Below are positions 11,804 through 22,580 of a stretch of DNA of 64,000 nucleotides, one piece after another. How positions within the stretch are numbered: position 1 is the first letter of the stretch; each line of letters starts with the position of its first letter. A program made the position numbers and the translations under genes. The stretch is taken from assembly GCA_002422025.1 (NCBI GenBank), contig DISV01000005.1, forward strand, positions 290,948 to 354,947. Direction: 5' to 3'. This stretch comes from Patescibacteria group bacterium UBA6201 (GTDB lineage: Bacteria; Patescibacteriota; Minisyncoccia; Phycocordibacterales; UBA918). A model generated the notes under the pieces. It was not told the origin of the DNA, did not search any database, and worked only from the letters and a program-made list of their open reading frames with translations.

Positions 11804-12071
11804 CCCCTTTTGTTGAGACTCTCTAAAAGTAAAGTATATAAGTCTTCCTCTATCTCTTCAATGCTTTCCAGAACCAATCTCAAACAGAATGACTAGAAAT
11901 CACACCCAAAATCCGAGAGAGAAATGTGCGACACGAGGATTCATAGATACATCTGGAGACGAGTGGCAAGCATTTCGTAGCCGGATTTTTGGTGTTAGTT
12001 CAGTCAAGCCTATCGTCTTTTTAAATGAGTCTACTTAGACTCATTTAAAAAGACGACTCTGGTTGGGGATT

Positions 12072-14705
12072 CTATTTGAGATGGGTTCTAAGATATTGAC
12101 CAGTATATGACTTCTCATTACGTGCAACTTCCTCAGGAGTACCTTTGGCAACCAAGTTTCCTCCTCCCTTGCCACCCTCCGGGCCAATATCCAGTATATA
12201 GTCAGCACTCTTCACTAAATCAAGGTTGTGTTCAATTACCATAACGGTATTACCACGGTTCACAAGCTCTTGAAGAATTTCTATCAACTTCTTTACATCT
12301 TCATAATGGAGTCCAATGGTAGGCTCATCGAGTAAGTAAATAGTTTTTTGGGTATGTGGACGATAAAGTTCAGAGGCAATCTTCACACGCTGTGCTTCTC
12401 CACCAGATAAAGTAGTAGCACTCTGTCCCAACTCCAAGTAACTAAGTCCAACATCAAGTAAAGGCTTTAGACGTTCAGCAATGGCAGGGATGTCATTGAA
12501 AAACATATAAGCTTCCTCAATGGTCATATGAAGCACATCATGAATACTTTTCTTTCTGTAAGTCACCTCGAGTGTCTCTTTAGTAAAGCGCTTTCCATCA
12601 CAAACATCACAAGTCACATACACGGTCGGCAAGAAGTGCATCTCAACCGCTATCTCACCATTACCTTGACAAGCTTCACAACGCCCACCTTTCACATTGA
12701 ATGAAAACCTCCCAGGCTTCCAACCACGAGCACGTGCTTCGCTAGTAGAAGCAAACATATCGCGAATGTGCGTGAAGGCTCCAGTATAAGTAGCTGGATT
12801 AGACCGTGGAGTACGACCAATCGGTGATTGATCAATTAAAACTGTGCGTCCTAGATATTCAGTACCATCAAATGAAGTACAGTTGTGAATCTTGGCTGAA
12901 CGATACTGACGCTCCAAGCGAGCCCTTAGATTCTTGTGGAGAATCTCATACATAAATGTCGACTTGCCACTTCCAGACACACCAGTTAAAGCGATTAGTC
13001 TGCCTAGTGGTATATCTACATTCATGTTCTTTATGTTAAAGGCCTTTCCTCCTCTAATCTTTATTGAACCTTTCTCACTCTGCCGACGTTCTGGAATCAC
13101 AATTTTTTTGTCACCGCGCAAATAATCAAGTGTAATAGAACCAGACTCATTAGTCTTGGCTTCCAAAAGTTTTGGAAGATAATCAGCCACAACGACGTTG
13201 CCACCATGCACGCCAGCGCCAGGACCGATATCAATCAAATAGTCAGAGGCGTAAATAGTATCCTCATCATGTTCTACTACAATGATGGTATTACCGAGGT
13301 CACGAAGCGACGTTAGAGTTTTAATCAAACGGTCGTTGTCACGCTGATGAAGTCCAATAGTTGGTTCATCAAGTACATAAAGTGCTCCCACTAGGCCAGA
13401 ACCAAGCTGTGAAGCCAATCGAATACGCTGTGCTTCACCACCAGAGAGAGTGTTGGCGCGACGGTTAAGTGTCAGATATTCAATACCGACGTTCTGCATA
13501 AATTCCAAGCGCTCGATAATCTCGCGCAAGGCGGGCCAAGCAATCTCTTGATGTTTCTTAGAGAGTTTAAGTTGCGCAATAAAATCACTAGCCTCCTTTA
13601 CTGTCATATTAGTAAAGTCAACAATGTTTTTTCCAAGTGACTTCCCTTCACCGCCGAGATAAACACGAAGTGCTTCTGGTCGGAGGCGCGCCCCTTTACA
13701 TACCGGACACTCGTCATTCTGAAAGATACCCACAACCCCTAACCCGTTACACTCAGGACACGCACCGTATGGTGAGTTAAAGGAGAACAAGCGTGGTTCT
13801 ACTTCAGGAAATGATGAGCCATCAATTGGACAAATAAACTTTGCTGAGAGTGTACGTTCACTACCATCTGGACTTTCTACCTTTACCAAACCGTTAGACT
13901 CTTTTAGAGCCATTTCCACAGCCTCACTCAAACGCTCCTTTGAACCTTTAGGATCATCGGTGAATTCAGAAACGTAGATAGAATCAACCAACACGTCAAT
14001 ATCGTGTCTAGCTGTCTTCTTTAACTCAATACGTTCACGCAACTGTTTAATTTGTCCATCGATTTTAACGGTTTCGTATCCTTTATTTAAAAGGTCATAA
14101 AGAAGCTGGTAGTACTCTCCTTTTCTACCTACTATCAAAGGAGCAAAGATTCCTACCTTGCCCTTAGATAGTTCAATACCAAGTACCTTTTCTTTCTTAG
14201 CTTCAGTAACCTCCTTATCTTCAATTGATTTAAGAACAATACCGAGAATTTCGTCTTGCGAAAGCTTTTCAATCGGCACGTCAGTATCTAAACAGTATGG
14301 CTGACCAACGCGTGCATAGAGAATACGCAGATAATCATAAATCTCTGTAATAGTCGCAACAGTCGAACGTGGGTTACGACTGGCTGACTTTTGGTCAATG
14401 GAAATAGCTGGAGAGAGACCACTAATCTCATCTACATCTGGCTTCTGGAGTTTATTTAAAAATTGTCGAGCATAGGCAGAGAGCGACTCAATGTATCGCC
14501 GCTGACCTTCGGCGAAGATAGTATCGAAAGCAAGTGACGACTTACCACTTCCAGAAGGTCCAGTAATGGCAATTAGTTTACCGCGAGGCATTTCAACGGT
14601 AATGTTCTTTAGATTATGGGTACGAGCGCCCCGCACCACGATTTTATTACCGCTTTCACCTTCGCCTTTTACATCCCACTTGACTTTAGTTTTTTTCTTT
14701 TCCAT
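12072..14705 (-). CDS. uvrA: Excinuclease ABC subunit A
   Basis: Two ABC ATPase domains ([26 protein letters not shown] twice), Zn-finger CxxC motifs. Confidence 0.98.
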   Translation of the reverse strand: MEKKKTKVKWDVKGEGESGNKIVVRGARTHNLKNITVEMPRGKLIAITGPSGSGKSSLAFDTIFAEGQRRYIESLSAYARQFLNKLQKPDVDEISGLSPAISIDQKSASRNPRSTVATITEIYDYLRILYARVGQPYCLDTDVPIEKLSQDEILGIVLKSIEDKEVTEAKKEKVLGIELSKGKVGIFAPLIVGRKGEYYQLLYDLLNKGYETVKIDGQIKQLRERIELKKTARHDIDVLVDSIYVSEFTDDPKGSKERLSEAVEMALKESNGLVKVESPDGSERTLSAKFICPIDGSSFPEVEPRLFSFNSPYGACPECNGLGVVGIFQNDECPVCKGARLRPEALRVYLGGEGKSLGKNIVDFTNMTVKEASDFIAQLKLSKKHQEIAWPALREIIERLEFMQNVGIEYLTLNRRANTLSGGEAQRIRLASQLGSGLVGALYVLDEPTIGLHQRDNDRLIKTLTSLRDLGNTIIVVEHDEDTIYASDYLIDIGPGAGVHGGNVVVADYLPKLLEAKTNESGSITLDYLRGDKKIVIPERRQSEKGSIKIRGGKAFNIKNMNVDIPLGRLIALTGVSGSGKSTFMYEILHKNLRARLERQYRSAKIHNCTSFDGTEYLGRTVLIDQSPIGRTPRSNPATYTGAFTHIRDMFASTSEARARGWKPGRFSFNVKGGRCEACQGNGEIAVEMHFLPTVYVTCDVCDGKRFTKETLEVTYRKKSIHDVLHMTIEEAYMFFNDIPAIAERLKPLLDVGLSYLELGQSATTLSGGEAQRVKIASELYRPHTQKTIYLLDEPTIGLHYEDVKKLIEILQELVNRGNTVMVIEHNLDLVKSADYILDIGPEGGKGGGNLVAKGTPEEVARNEKSYTGQYLRTHLK

Positions 14706-14791
14706 ATAGCGACGCCTCCGGTTGGAGCCGAAGGTTTAATAATGACGAGTATAACTCAATCAGCAAAAAACGACAAAGTCGTATAGTAGCG

Positions 14792-16828
14792 CTATTTCTT
14801 CTTAGCTTTTTTTGCGACTGTTGCTTCTAAAATATTTATCTCGTCGCGAATAATAGCGGCAGTTTCGAAGTCGAGAATGGCTACCGCTTCATTCATCTGA
14901 CTCCTCTTTTCTTTCAAGACTTTCTTGGGATTCTTCTTAAACAACTCCATATCGACAGTAAGCAAGGTATGTACGGTTTCTTCATGCACACTACGAAGCT
15001 GATCAGCAATACTTTTAATCTCCTTCTTGATAGTGGCCGGAGTGATGTTATGTTCTTTGTTGTATGCCAATTGACGATCGCGGCGACGGTTCGTTTCACC
15101 AATTGCATATTCTAATGACTTAGTGATGACGTCAGCATATAGAATTACGCGTCCATTTACGTTACGGGCAGCGCGACCAATGGTCTGAATGAGCGCCGTC
15201 TCACTACGAAGGAAACCTTCTTTGTCAGCATCGAGGATGGCTACCAACTCCACTTCCGGCAAGTCGAGTCCTTCACGAAGCAAGTTAACTCCGACCAAAC
15301 AATCAAACACACCCTTTCTAAAGTCGGTCAAGATCTCAATACGCTCCAAGGTCTCCACATCACTATGGATGTACTTGGTTTTCATCCCCTTTCCTTCTAG
15401 GAACTCAGCTAGGTCTTCTGCCATTTGTTTAGTGAGCACAGTGGTGAGTACACGAGCTCCAGAAGCAATCACTTTTTCTGCCTCCAGGATAAAGTCTTTC
15501 ACCTGTCCTGGATAATCACCCTTCTCCACGATTGGACGAACCTCAATCAAAGGGTCAACTAGTCCGGTTGGGCGAATGATTTGTTCAACCATTTTAAAAG
15601 AAGTGGTCTCTGCCTTTTCATACTCATACTTACCTGGAGTGGCTGAAGTATAGATACGCTGTCCAACCCGCTTCTCAAATTCATCAAATTTTAGTGGGCG
15701 ATTATCCTTGGCACTTGGCAGACGGAAACCGTAATCAACCAGAGTTTCTTTGCGTGCTCGATCACCAGCATACATTCCCCCAATCTGTGGAATAGTGACA
15801 TGTGACTCATCAATCACTGTCAAAAAGTCAGCCGTACCATCAGCCTTATGTGGAAAGTAGTCGAGCAAACTATATGGTGGCTCACCGGCGGAGCGTCCGT
15901 CGAAGTGGCGTGAATAGTTTTCAATACCATTACAATAGCCAATCTCCCTAATCATCGCTAAGTCGTACTCAGTACGACGCTTGATTCGCTCACTCTCAAG
16001 TAGCTTTCCTTCCTTCTTAAACTTCTTGAGTTGTTCATCGAGCTCTTGTTTAATATCCACAATGGCGCGGGCACGCTCAGCCTCAGGTGTCACGAAGTGC
16101 TTAGCTGGGAACAAGTAGAAGGTATCCGGCTCTTCGATAATGGCGCGTGTAGTAGCATCAATCTTAGTGATAGCCGAAACAGTATCTCCTACGAAGTTAA
16201 GTCGAAAAATAACCTTCTCATTAGTTGGCATTATCTCCACAGTATTCCCAATCGCTCGGAAAGCGCCGGGGGTAAGATCAGCCGGTGTTCGTTCGAAGTA
16301 CATAGATACCAAAAGCCGAAGCATCTCTTTACGGTTGATTGTAAATCCTTTTTCTATTTTCTTATGGACTTTTTCGTACTCAATTGGAGAACCAAGACCG
16401 TAGATACAAGACACCGAAGCGACAATAATTACGTCACTGCGGGTCAAAAGAGCTTGAGTTGAGGCGTGGCGTAGACGATCAATTTCTTTGTTAATTTGTG
16501 CCTCCTTCTCGATGAAAGTATCAGAGACTGGCATATAGGCCTCCGGCTGGTAGTAGTCGTAGTATGAAACGAAGTAGTGAACTGCGTTATTAGGAAAGAA
16601 GTCTCGGTACTCCTGCGCCAACTGAGCTGCCAGAGTCTTATTGTGGGCAATCACCAAGGTCGGCTTCTGGATAGCATTAATGACATTAGCAACAGTGAAG
16701 GTCTTACCAGAGCCAGTCACACCTAAAAGCGTCTGATGCTCGGCACCAGCTTTAAGTCCCTCCAAAAGCTTTTTTATAGCCTCAGGCTGGTCTCCATCTG
16801 GAGTCTTATCTGTTGCTAACTTAAACAT
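14792..16828 (-). CDS. uvrB: Excinuclease ABC subunit B
   Basis: GVTGSGKT, YYDYYQPEAY, DESH, QTIGRAARN; start moved to MFKLATD. Confidence 0.98.
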   Translation of the reverse strand: MFKLATDKTPDGDQPEAIKKLLEGLKAGAEHQTLLGVTGSGKTFTVANVINAIQKPTLVIAHNKTLAAQLAQEYRDFFPNNAVHYFVSYYDYYQPEAYMPVSDTFIEKEAQINKEIDRLRHASTQALLTRSDVIIVASVSCIYGLGSPIEYEKVHKKIEKGFTINRKEMLRLLVSMYFERTPADLTPGAFRAIGNTVEIMPTNEKVIFRLNFVGDTVSAITKIDATTRAIIEEPDTFYLFPAKHFVTPEAERARAIVDIKQELDEQLKKFKKEGKLLESERIKRRTEYDLAMIREIGYCNGIENYSRHFDGRSAGEPPYSLLDYFPHKADGTADFLTVIDESHVTIPQIGGMYAGDRARKETLVDYGFRLPSAKDNRPLKFDEFEKRVGQRIYTSATPGKYEYEKAETTSFKMVEQIIRPTGLVDPLIEVRPIVEKGDYPGQVKDFILEAEKVIASGARVLTTVLTKQMAEDLAEFLEGKGMKTKYIHSDVETLERIEILTDFRKGVFDCLVGVNLLREGLDLPEVELVAILDADKEGFLRSETALIQTIGRAARNVNGRVILYADVITKSLEYAIGETNRRRDRQLAYNKEHNITPATIKKEIKSIADQLRSVHEETVHTLLTVDMELFKKNPKKVLKEKRSQMNEAVAILDFETAAIIRDEINILEATVAKKAKKK

Positions 16829-16950
16829 GGTCACAGTGTAGCTGAATAAGGGAAATAAAAAAAGTGTATGACACATTAAGATCACCCGAAATAGCCATGG
16901 TCGCACATTCAGGGCTGAACAACCGAAGACCCTGAACTAGTATTGGCCTA

Positions 16951-18165
16951 TTACAATATATGTCCTGTCAAAATACTCTCCCTCAACTTCTTTGTGAAAT
17001 TTACAATCGTATAAAGATTGTGTATTGAAGCAAGGTGTCCGCCAAGAATCTCGCCGGAACGTAGGAGGTGCGAGAGATATGCTTTGGTGTAGCGTTCACA
17101 CACAAAACAATCACAACCTTCATCAACACGAGAAAAGTCTCGTTGATACTCAGCATTACGTAAATTAGTTTTAACTATTCCCTCTCTCTTATGCTCATAG
17201 ATAGTACCGGTGCGTGCAATACGGGTCGGTGCTACACAATCAAAAGTATCACAGCCCAGTTGTACTCCTTCCATAATGTCTACAGGTTCTCCGATTCCGA
17301 GTAAGTGTCGTGGTTTTTCCTCTGGTAGATTTTCATTGACCACCTTAAGAGCATCCCCCAAATCTTTCTTAGAAAAACTACCACCAATACCAAAACCATC
17401 AAAATCCATCTCTGCCAAAGTTTGTGCGCTTTCTTTGCGCAAATCTAGGAAGCGTCCACCCTGTACCACACCGTAAAGCCCCTGCTTCTTTAAGGCTTCA
17501 TAGTTCTGCTTATGTGCCATTATTGAGCGCTTGGCCCAACGGTGAGTTCTGTCCATCGCCTCCCTCTGGTAATCGTAGTCAGCCGACGGACTGGTGCATT
17601 CATCAAAAGCTACAATGATATCAGCCCCAATAGCGTGCTGTATCTCAATCGAGCGCTCTGCAGTAAAGCGGTGCATCGAACCATCATGATGTGAGGTAAA
17701 AGTTACACCTTCCTCGTCAATCACACAGAGCTTGCCGTGGCTTTCAGCCAAGGTTTTTGAATAGACATTAAGACCGTGAACGATTGGCTTCGCGTCTTCC
17801 TCAACCTCACCGGCCGCAAACTTCGTAACACCTTTACCGAAAGCCGCACCGAGCGAAAAAACCTGAAACCCACCAGAATCGGTCATTAATGGTAGATCGA
17901 GATTGGCAAATTTATGTATCCCTCCGGCTTCTTTAATTGTCTCGTGCCCAGGCTGAAGATAGAGATGATAGGTATTAGCGATAGCCACCTGAGCCTCTAC
18001 TAGGTCTTTTAAGTCTTCTGACTTAAGACTCTTCACTGTGCCTTTGGTTCCCACTGTCACAAAAGCCGGAGTTTCAATGTCTCCGTGTGGAGTATGGATG
18101 ATACCCGCTCTAGCCATAGAGCCAGAGGCGCGTTTAACAACTTCAAAGGAAATAGGAGAGGACAC
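16951..18165 (-). CDS. tgt: tRNA-guanine transglycosylase
   Basis: NTYHL, TDSGGFQVFSL, FDEC, VVQGG, FDCVAPTR, CxCxxC...H Zn site. Confidence 0.95.
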   Translation of the reverse strand: MSSPISFEVVKRASGSMARAGIIHTPHGDIETPAFVTVGTKGTVKSLKSEDLKDLVEAQVAIANTYHLYLQPGHETIKEAGGIHKFANLDLPLMTDSGGFQVFSLGAAFGKGVTKFAAGEVEEDAKPIVHGLNVYSKTLAESHGKLCVIDEEGVTFTSHHDGSMHRFTAERSIEIQHAIGADIIVAFDECTSPSADYDYQREAMDRTHRWAKRSIMAHKQNYEALKKQGLYGVVQGGRFLDLRKESAQTLAEMDFDGFGIGGSFSKKDLGDALKVVNENLPEEKPRHLLGIGEPVDIMEGVQLGCDTFDCVAPTRIARTGTIYEHKREGIVKTNLRNAEYQRDFSRVDEGCDCFVCERYTKAYLSHLLRSGEILGGHLASIHNLYTIVNFTKKLRESILTGHIL

Positions 18166-18257
18166 TGGTGAGATAATTTAAAATATAAATCTAAAAATCA
18201 AAATGAGAGTGTAGAAGTAAATTTATGTTTTTATTTCTAACTTTCTACTCTGAAATT

Positions 18258-18803
18258 TTATTTTTCAACTTGCAATAATTCAATAGCGTAAACGACGGTG
18301 GCATTACCTGGGATCGGGCCATAACCCTCACTTCCATAAGCCATATCAGATGGAATAATGATAATTCTTTGTCCACCCATCTTCATTCCTACCATTCCTT
18401 TATTCCAGCCTTCGATTATCTTGTCGTCACCAACCTTAAAAGAAAAACTAGTTCCCTTCTTGTAGCTATTATCAAACTCCTGACCATTCTGGAGAGTACC
18501 GATATAATTCACAGTTACAGTGTCTCCGACAGAGACTTCATCACCCTCACCAATTTGAACATCAGTCACAACCAGCTTATTGACTCTGTTTCCTACCAAA
18601 GCGTCCCCAATAGCATCTCCCACGCCCTCAACACCATCTTTAGCCATAATAACATTGGCTGCTTGGTCGTTCTGCTCAGCACTTCGAGCCAAGATGCTAC
18701 CTGCGTCAATAGAACCATCTAGGCGCATCAAGAAAAGAGCCAAGGCCATCGCTCCAACGCTTAGTCCCACACCAATTACTTCATATTTGTGAATCTTGAT
18801 CAT
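18258..18803 (-). CDS. FKBP-type peptidyl-prolyl isomerase, membrane anchored
   Basis: VTVNYIGTL..G..FDNS, IIEGW..GM, AYG, IPGNA. Confidence 0.92.
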   Translation of the reverse strand: MIKIHKYEVIGVGLSVGAMALALFLMRLDGSIDAGSILARSAEQNDQAANVIMAKDGVEGVGDAIGDALVGNRVNKLVVTDVQIGEGDEVSVGDTVTVNYIGTLQNGQEFDNSYKKGTSFSFKVGDDKIIEGWNKGMVGMKMGGQRIIIIPSDMAYGSEGYGPIPGNATVVYAIELLQVEK

Positions 18804-18838
18804 AAGTCTTATGTGTCGCTTAGCATAGGCTAAACCCT

Positions 18839-19897
18839 CTAAAATTGCAACAATATTCTACCTTTAGCAATATCATTAAGGAGGTTTGCGGAACTACGAC
18901 TAGCTAAATCATCAAGAAAGGCTTGTCTCGCCTCTCCAAGCATCTCATGTGGCTGAACACGCACCGTAGCGCTTTCTACTGGTATGAGCTCCACTTTCCA
19001 GCCTAAGGCATCGACCATAAGCTTTAATACCAACCCTTCTTGCACCGTTGAAGTCCAATACTGGTCAAATATGAAGTTGCCAAGCGAGTAAAAGATGAGT
19101 CCATCTTTGTAGCTCTCTATATTCTGAACAACATGTGGATGATGTCCAACTACTAAATCAAAACCGCTGTCGATAAGATTGTGTGCTAGATTTTCTTGAG
19201 TCTCATCATTTAAAGGCTCATATTCTGTCCCCCAATGAATATATGCAACCTTCAGGTCTGCCGGACCAGCAGAATCCAGTATATCTTCTATCAAAGAAAC
19301 ATCTGGGCCACCATAAGTAGCATTGGCGTGAAGCACTAATACTCTCTGAGCTTTTTCTTCGATTATCGATAAGGAGGAGGTTGAAATTTGTGTTGCGTGA
19401 CCAAAAGTTTTAAAGCCTACATCCTCTAACACCTTAATGGTATTACGGTACCCCATTACACCATAGTCCAAAGAGTGATTATTTGCTAAAGATAGATATA
19501 CGGGACTTCTAAGTAAGAGCTCACTAACAAGATCGGGTTGCACTGAAAATCTCATTTCCATAAATTGTGTCTGTATATGACTCTCTGGTATTGATGCTTC
19601 GAAGTTCATCAACACCGCATCAGCAATCAACACATCCCTAAGCGCAGACAAGGCATATCCTTTTTCTTCTTGCAGTAGCCTCATCTCTACATCCCTAGCC
19701 AACATAACGTCACCGGTAAAAATGAGACTAAGTGGCTCCTCAACTTCTTCGGGAGACAAACCAGTCGGCTCATTTGCAGAGAGGATTGGGAGACTGATTA
19801 TTTGCTCACTACCAAAATGGAGAACAGCGTATGTAAAAGTCACTCCGCTAAAGACAGTGGCCAGAAATATAGATATCAACAAAACTCGTATATGCAT
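18839..19897 (-). CDS. CapA/PgsA-family metallophosphoesterase
   Basis: GDVML, LANNHSLDYG, HWGTEY, GHHPHV, YSLGNFIFDQ. Confidence 0.92.
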   Translation of the reverse strand: MHIRVLLISIFLATVFSGVTFTYAVLHFGSEQIISLPILSANEPTGLSPEEVEEPLSLIFTGDVMLARDVEMRLLQEEKGYALSALRDVLIADAVLMNFEASIPESHIQTQFMEMRFSVQPDLVSELLLRSPVYLSLANNHSLDYGVMGYRNTIKVLEDVGFKTFGHATQISTSSLSIIEEKAQRVLVLHANATYGGPDVSLIEDILDSAGPADLKVAYIHWGTEYEPLNDETQENLAHNLIDSGFDLVVGHHPHVVQNIESYKDGLIFYSLGNFIFDQYWTSTVQEGLVLKLMVDALGWKVELIPVESATVRVQPHEMLGEARQAFLDDLASRSSANLLNDIAKGRILLQF

Positions 19898-19974
19898 GCG
19901 CTACTTATACCATCTCAAAATAATGCTTACCACTAACAGCGAGCAAAGTTTTGTTATTACAGAATGTGGTTAAT

Positions 19975-20397
19975 TTAGTATGGTCTTACGTACGAAGGAT
20001 GAAAAATACCAAATGCGCCCATATACATCATTCCCAGTATAAAAGTAATAGCAATTAAAATAGCAATTATAAAAATTGATAAAATTTGCCAACGAAAAAG
20101 GTTACGCCGACCAACACGGAGAGTCTCAAGTTCATCAGAGTTAACTTGGACGTCAATACCGAGTAGTGAATGAATCGCTTCAGGGCTCAGTTTTTTATCC
20201 GTCAAGAACACGTCATGTAGCGTATCTACTCGACTCTTGTGAGTATTAATATTCTCACGCAACACGGTAATTGCAGTCTCTACATCTTCTTTATTCCAAC
20301 GGGCCGAAATAAGCACAGAGCGAATCTCTTCATCAGCTGCAGTAGGGGCCAGACCATTTAATTTCAATATCTGCTCGATATGCGTTCGATCAATCAT
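19975..20397 (-). CDS. Hypothetical protein with C-terminal TM
   Basis: 140-aa ORF in operon-like arrangement with 20412-21446. Confidence 0.75.
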   Translation of the reverse strand: MIDRTHIEQILKLNGLAPTAADEEIRSVLISARWNKEDVETAITVLRENINTHKSRVDTLHDVFLTDKKLSPEAIHSLLGIDVQVNSDELETLRVGRRNLFRWQILSIFIIAILIAITFILGMMYMGAFGIFHPSYVRPY

Positions 20398-20411
20398 ACT
20401 AATTTATATTA

Positions 20412-21446
20412 TCAAATCCTACCATCGGCGTTAGCTACATGTTGTGAGTATATTTCTAAAAGCACAATGAACACACTAGTAATAACTGGACCGACAATAA
20501 ATCCAATCGGACCAAATAGCGCCAGGCCTCCCAACACTGAAAGCAATATCAAAAACGGATGCATTGGATGAGAACGACTCATCAAGTATGGTCCAAGGAT
20601 ATTGTCCAGTAATGAGACTGCTACCAAATACCAAACTAGAATACCGACACCAGTTACATAATCACCAAATACAAACGAGTAGACAGCAGCTGGTACGAAG
20701 ACTACGGAAGGGCCAACACCTGGCACTAAGGCAGTAATAGCTACTATGGTACCGAACAAAATTGCTCGGTCGAATCCGAAAATAGAAAAACCAATCGCCG
20801 CAGAGACACCTTGAATAATTGCTACTAGTACCGTCCCAGTGGCCACACCTCTCACAGCAGAGGCCATCCGTCGCAATATCAAGCCATCTTCAATGTCTGC
20901 CAAAGGACTAATTTCAATTAGTTTATTAGTAAACTTTTCTCCATCTCTAAAGAAGTAAAAACAACCAAATACAGCAATAAAGAAGGAAAATAGTGTCGAG
21001 GCAGTACCAACAAAAATGGCACCAAGGTTTCCGGCAAACCACTGTGCACCTTGCCTTAGGTAACTTGCTAGATCTATTTGCAAACCAGGAATTAGGTTCT
21101 GTAGCAAGTTTTCAAAATTATTTAGTGTATCTGCAAGAGAAAACTGATTACTATCAAGTATACGATAAATAGAGATGGCTTCACTGACGAGCATTGATGT
21201 AATCCAAAAAAGTGGGATGACAAAAATGATGATTACAAGCACAGTTGAAATGAGCGCCGCAGTGGTTGGATTATGTCTTGGGGTATAAGCCAACACCTTT
21301 CCGTAAATAGGATAAGAAATAGTGACAATGACGGCCGATAAAGCTAAAGCTGTGATAAACGGAGACATCATCTGCCACAACAAGTATCCTACGATACCCA
21401 TTAGGCCGAAAAAGAATACGTACTCAACAACTCTATTCAGTAACAT
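20412..21446 (-). CDS. AI-2E family transporter
   Basis: Multi-TM; FYFFRDG, DNILGP, HPFLILLSVLGG, GFIVGP motifs. Confidence 0.9.
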   Translation of the reverse strand: MLLNRVVEYVFFFGLMGIVGYLLWQMMSPFITALALSAVIVTISYPIYGKVLAYTPRHNPTTAALISTVLVIIIFVIPLFWITSMLVSEAISIYRILDSNQFSLADTLNNFENLLQNLIPGLQIDLASYLRQGAQWFAGNLGAIFVGTASTLFSFFIAVFGCFYFFRDGEKFTNKLIEISPLADIEDGLILRRMASAVRGVATGTVLVAIIQGVSAAIGFSIFGFDRAILFGTIVAITALVPGVGPSVVFVPAAVYSFVFGDYVTGVGILVWYLVAVSLLDNILGPYLMSRSHPMHPFLILLSVLGGLALFGPIGFIVGPVITSVFIVLLEIYSQHVANADGRI

Positions 21447-21495
21447 ATATCGATATTATCACATTTTTGAACTTGCACCCCACACAGGGGTGCTC

Positions 21496-22521
21496 CTACT
21501 TTAACAAACTCTTTACATCCTTAATCTCCTTTTTTAGTAGTTGTTCGGACACATTGAGGGCCTTATTTAGACCATCAACTGCCTCCTTCTCCTTTTTGGT
21601 CAAGCGAGTTTTGCGATTAATTGCACCGATTTGGTCATATATTTCTTCTCGAAGAGCTGTAAATATCTTGAGCATCTGTGACTGAATTTCATCAGCCTCA
21701 CGGCGCAAATCGGTCACAGCAGTAGCATAACGCTGGCGTTCGTAGACTAGGTAACCAAAGATTAGAAGCATCAAAGCAGCCATAATTGCAACCAGTAATG
21801 AAGCAGGTTCGCTCGCCACATATCCGATTGGGTCCATACTGGGATTGATACTTTCTGGCGGAAGTGACAAGACGGGAGTGGTTTCAGATCGCATATTTCC
21901 AGCCTTGTCATAGGCTGTCACTTTTATGCTGTGTGTACCCTCACCATTTACGTGCATGAAATAACCTCGACGTGCCTCCTCGATACTCAATTTTTGTGGA
22001 GTATCTCCATTTACCGACAATTCAAAATGAGACAAACCGGAAAGCTCATCAGTAGTTTCTGCGGTAATTATTATTCCTCTTTGATCGCCTTGATGCGGGG
22101 TAACCTGAACACTGAAAGGGGCTGGGGCAGTATTATCAATCATCACCTTGTGAGCAGTGAAAGGTCCCCATTTATCAGCGTTCTTAAATTGAACAGTTAA
22201 GTACTGAATTCCCTCCTCCCATTTATCTACCTCAATACTTAGAGAACTAACCGGTGGGCGATAAGTTTTCATCGGCTCAGTTTTTGAATCACTCGTTAAT
22301 TCAGCTGCTACTGCCACCACCTCCTCAGGAAGAGACCAAGAGAAAGATGCACTATCTGCTTTGTACCACTGTTCTGGATTTGGATAATCTACAGAAAGAA
22401 TAGTGGGAGCCTCTGGACCACCCGCATAAAGCTCAGCGGGAATTGGCTCACTAATTTGTGCCGAAACAATAATCGGCATCACCACGTAAGAAATTAAAAA
22501 TACAAATGCAAGAACACGCAT
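21496..22521 (-). CDS. Surface protein with Ig-like domains, TM and cytoplasmic coiled coil
   Basis: Signal peptide, IDNTAP, DELSGL, AYDKAGN Ig-like signatures. Confidence 0.75.
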   Translation of the reverse strand: MRVLAFVFLISYVVMPIIVSAQISEPIPAELYAGGPEAPTILSVDYPNPEQWYKADSASFSWSLPEEVVAVAAELTSDSKTEPMKTYRPPVSSLSIEVDKWEEGIQYLTVQFKNADKWGPFTAHKVMIDNTAPAPFSVQVTPHQGDQRGIIITAETTDELSGLSHFELSVNGDTPQKLSIEEARRGYFMHVNGEGTHSIKVTAYDKAGNMRSETTPVLSLPPESINPSMDPIGYVASEPASLLVAIMAALMLLIFGYLVYERQRYATAVTDLRREADEIQSQMLKIFTALREEIYDQIGAINRKTRLTKKEKEAVDGLNKALNVSEQLLKKEIKDVKSLLK

Positions 22522-22580
22522 GAATTTATAATTTAATTATCACACACTTCACACGCAAAACTAAAAGTGAAGTGGATAAA

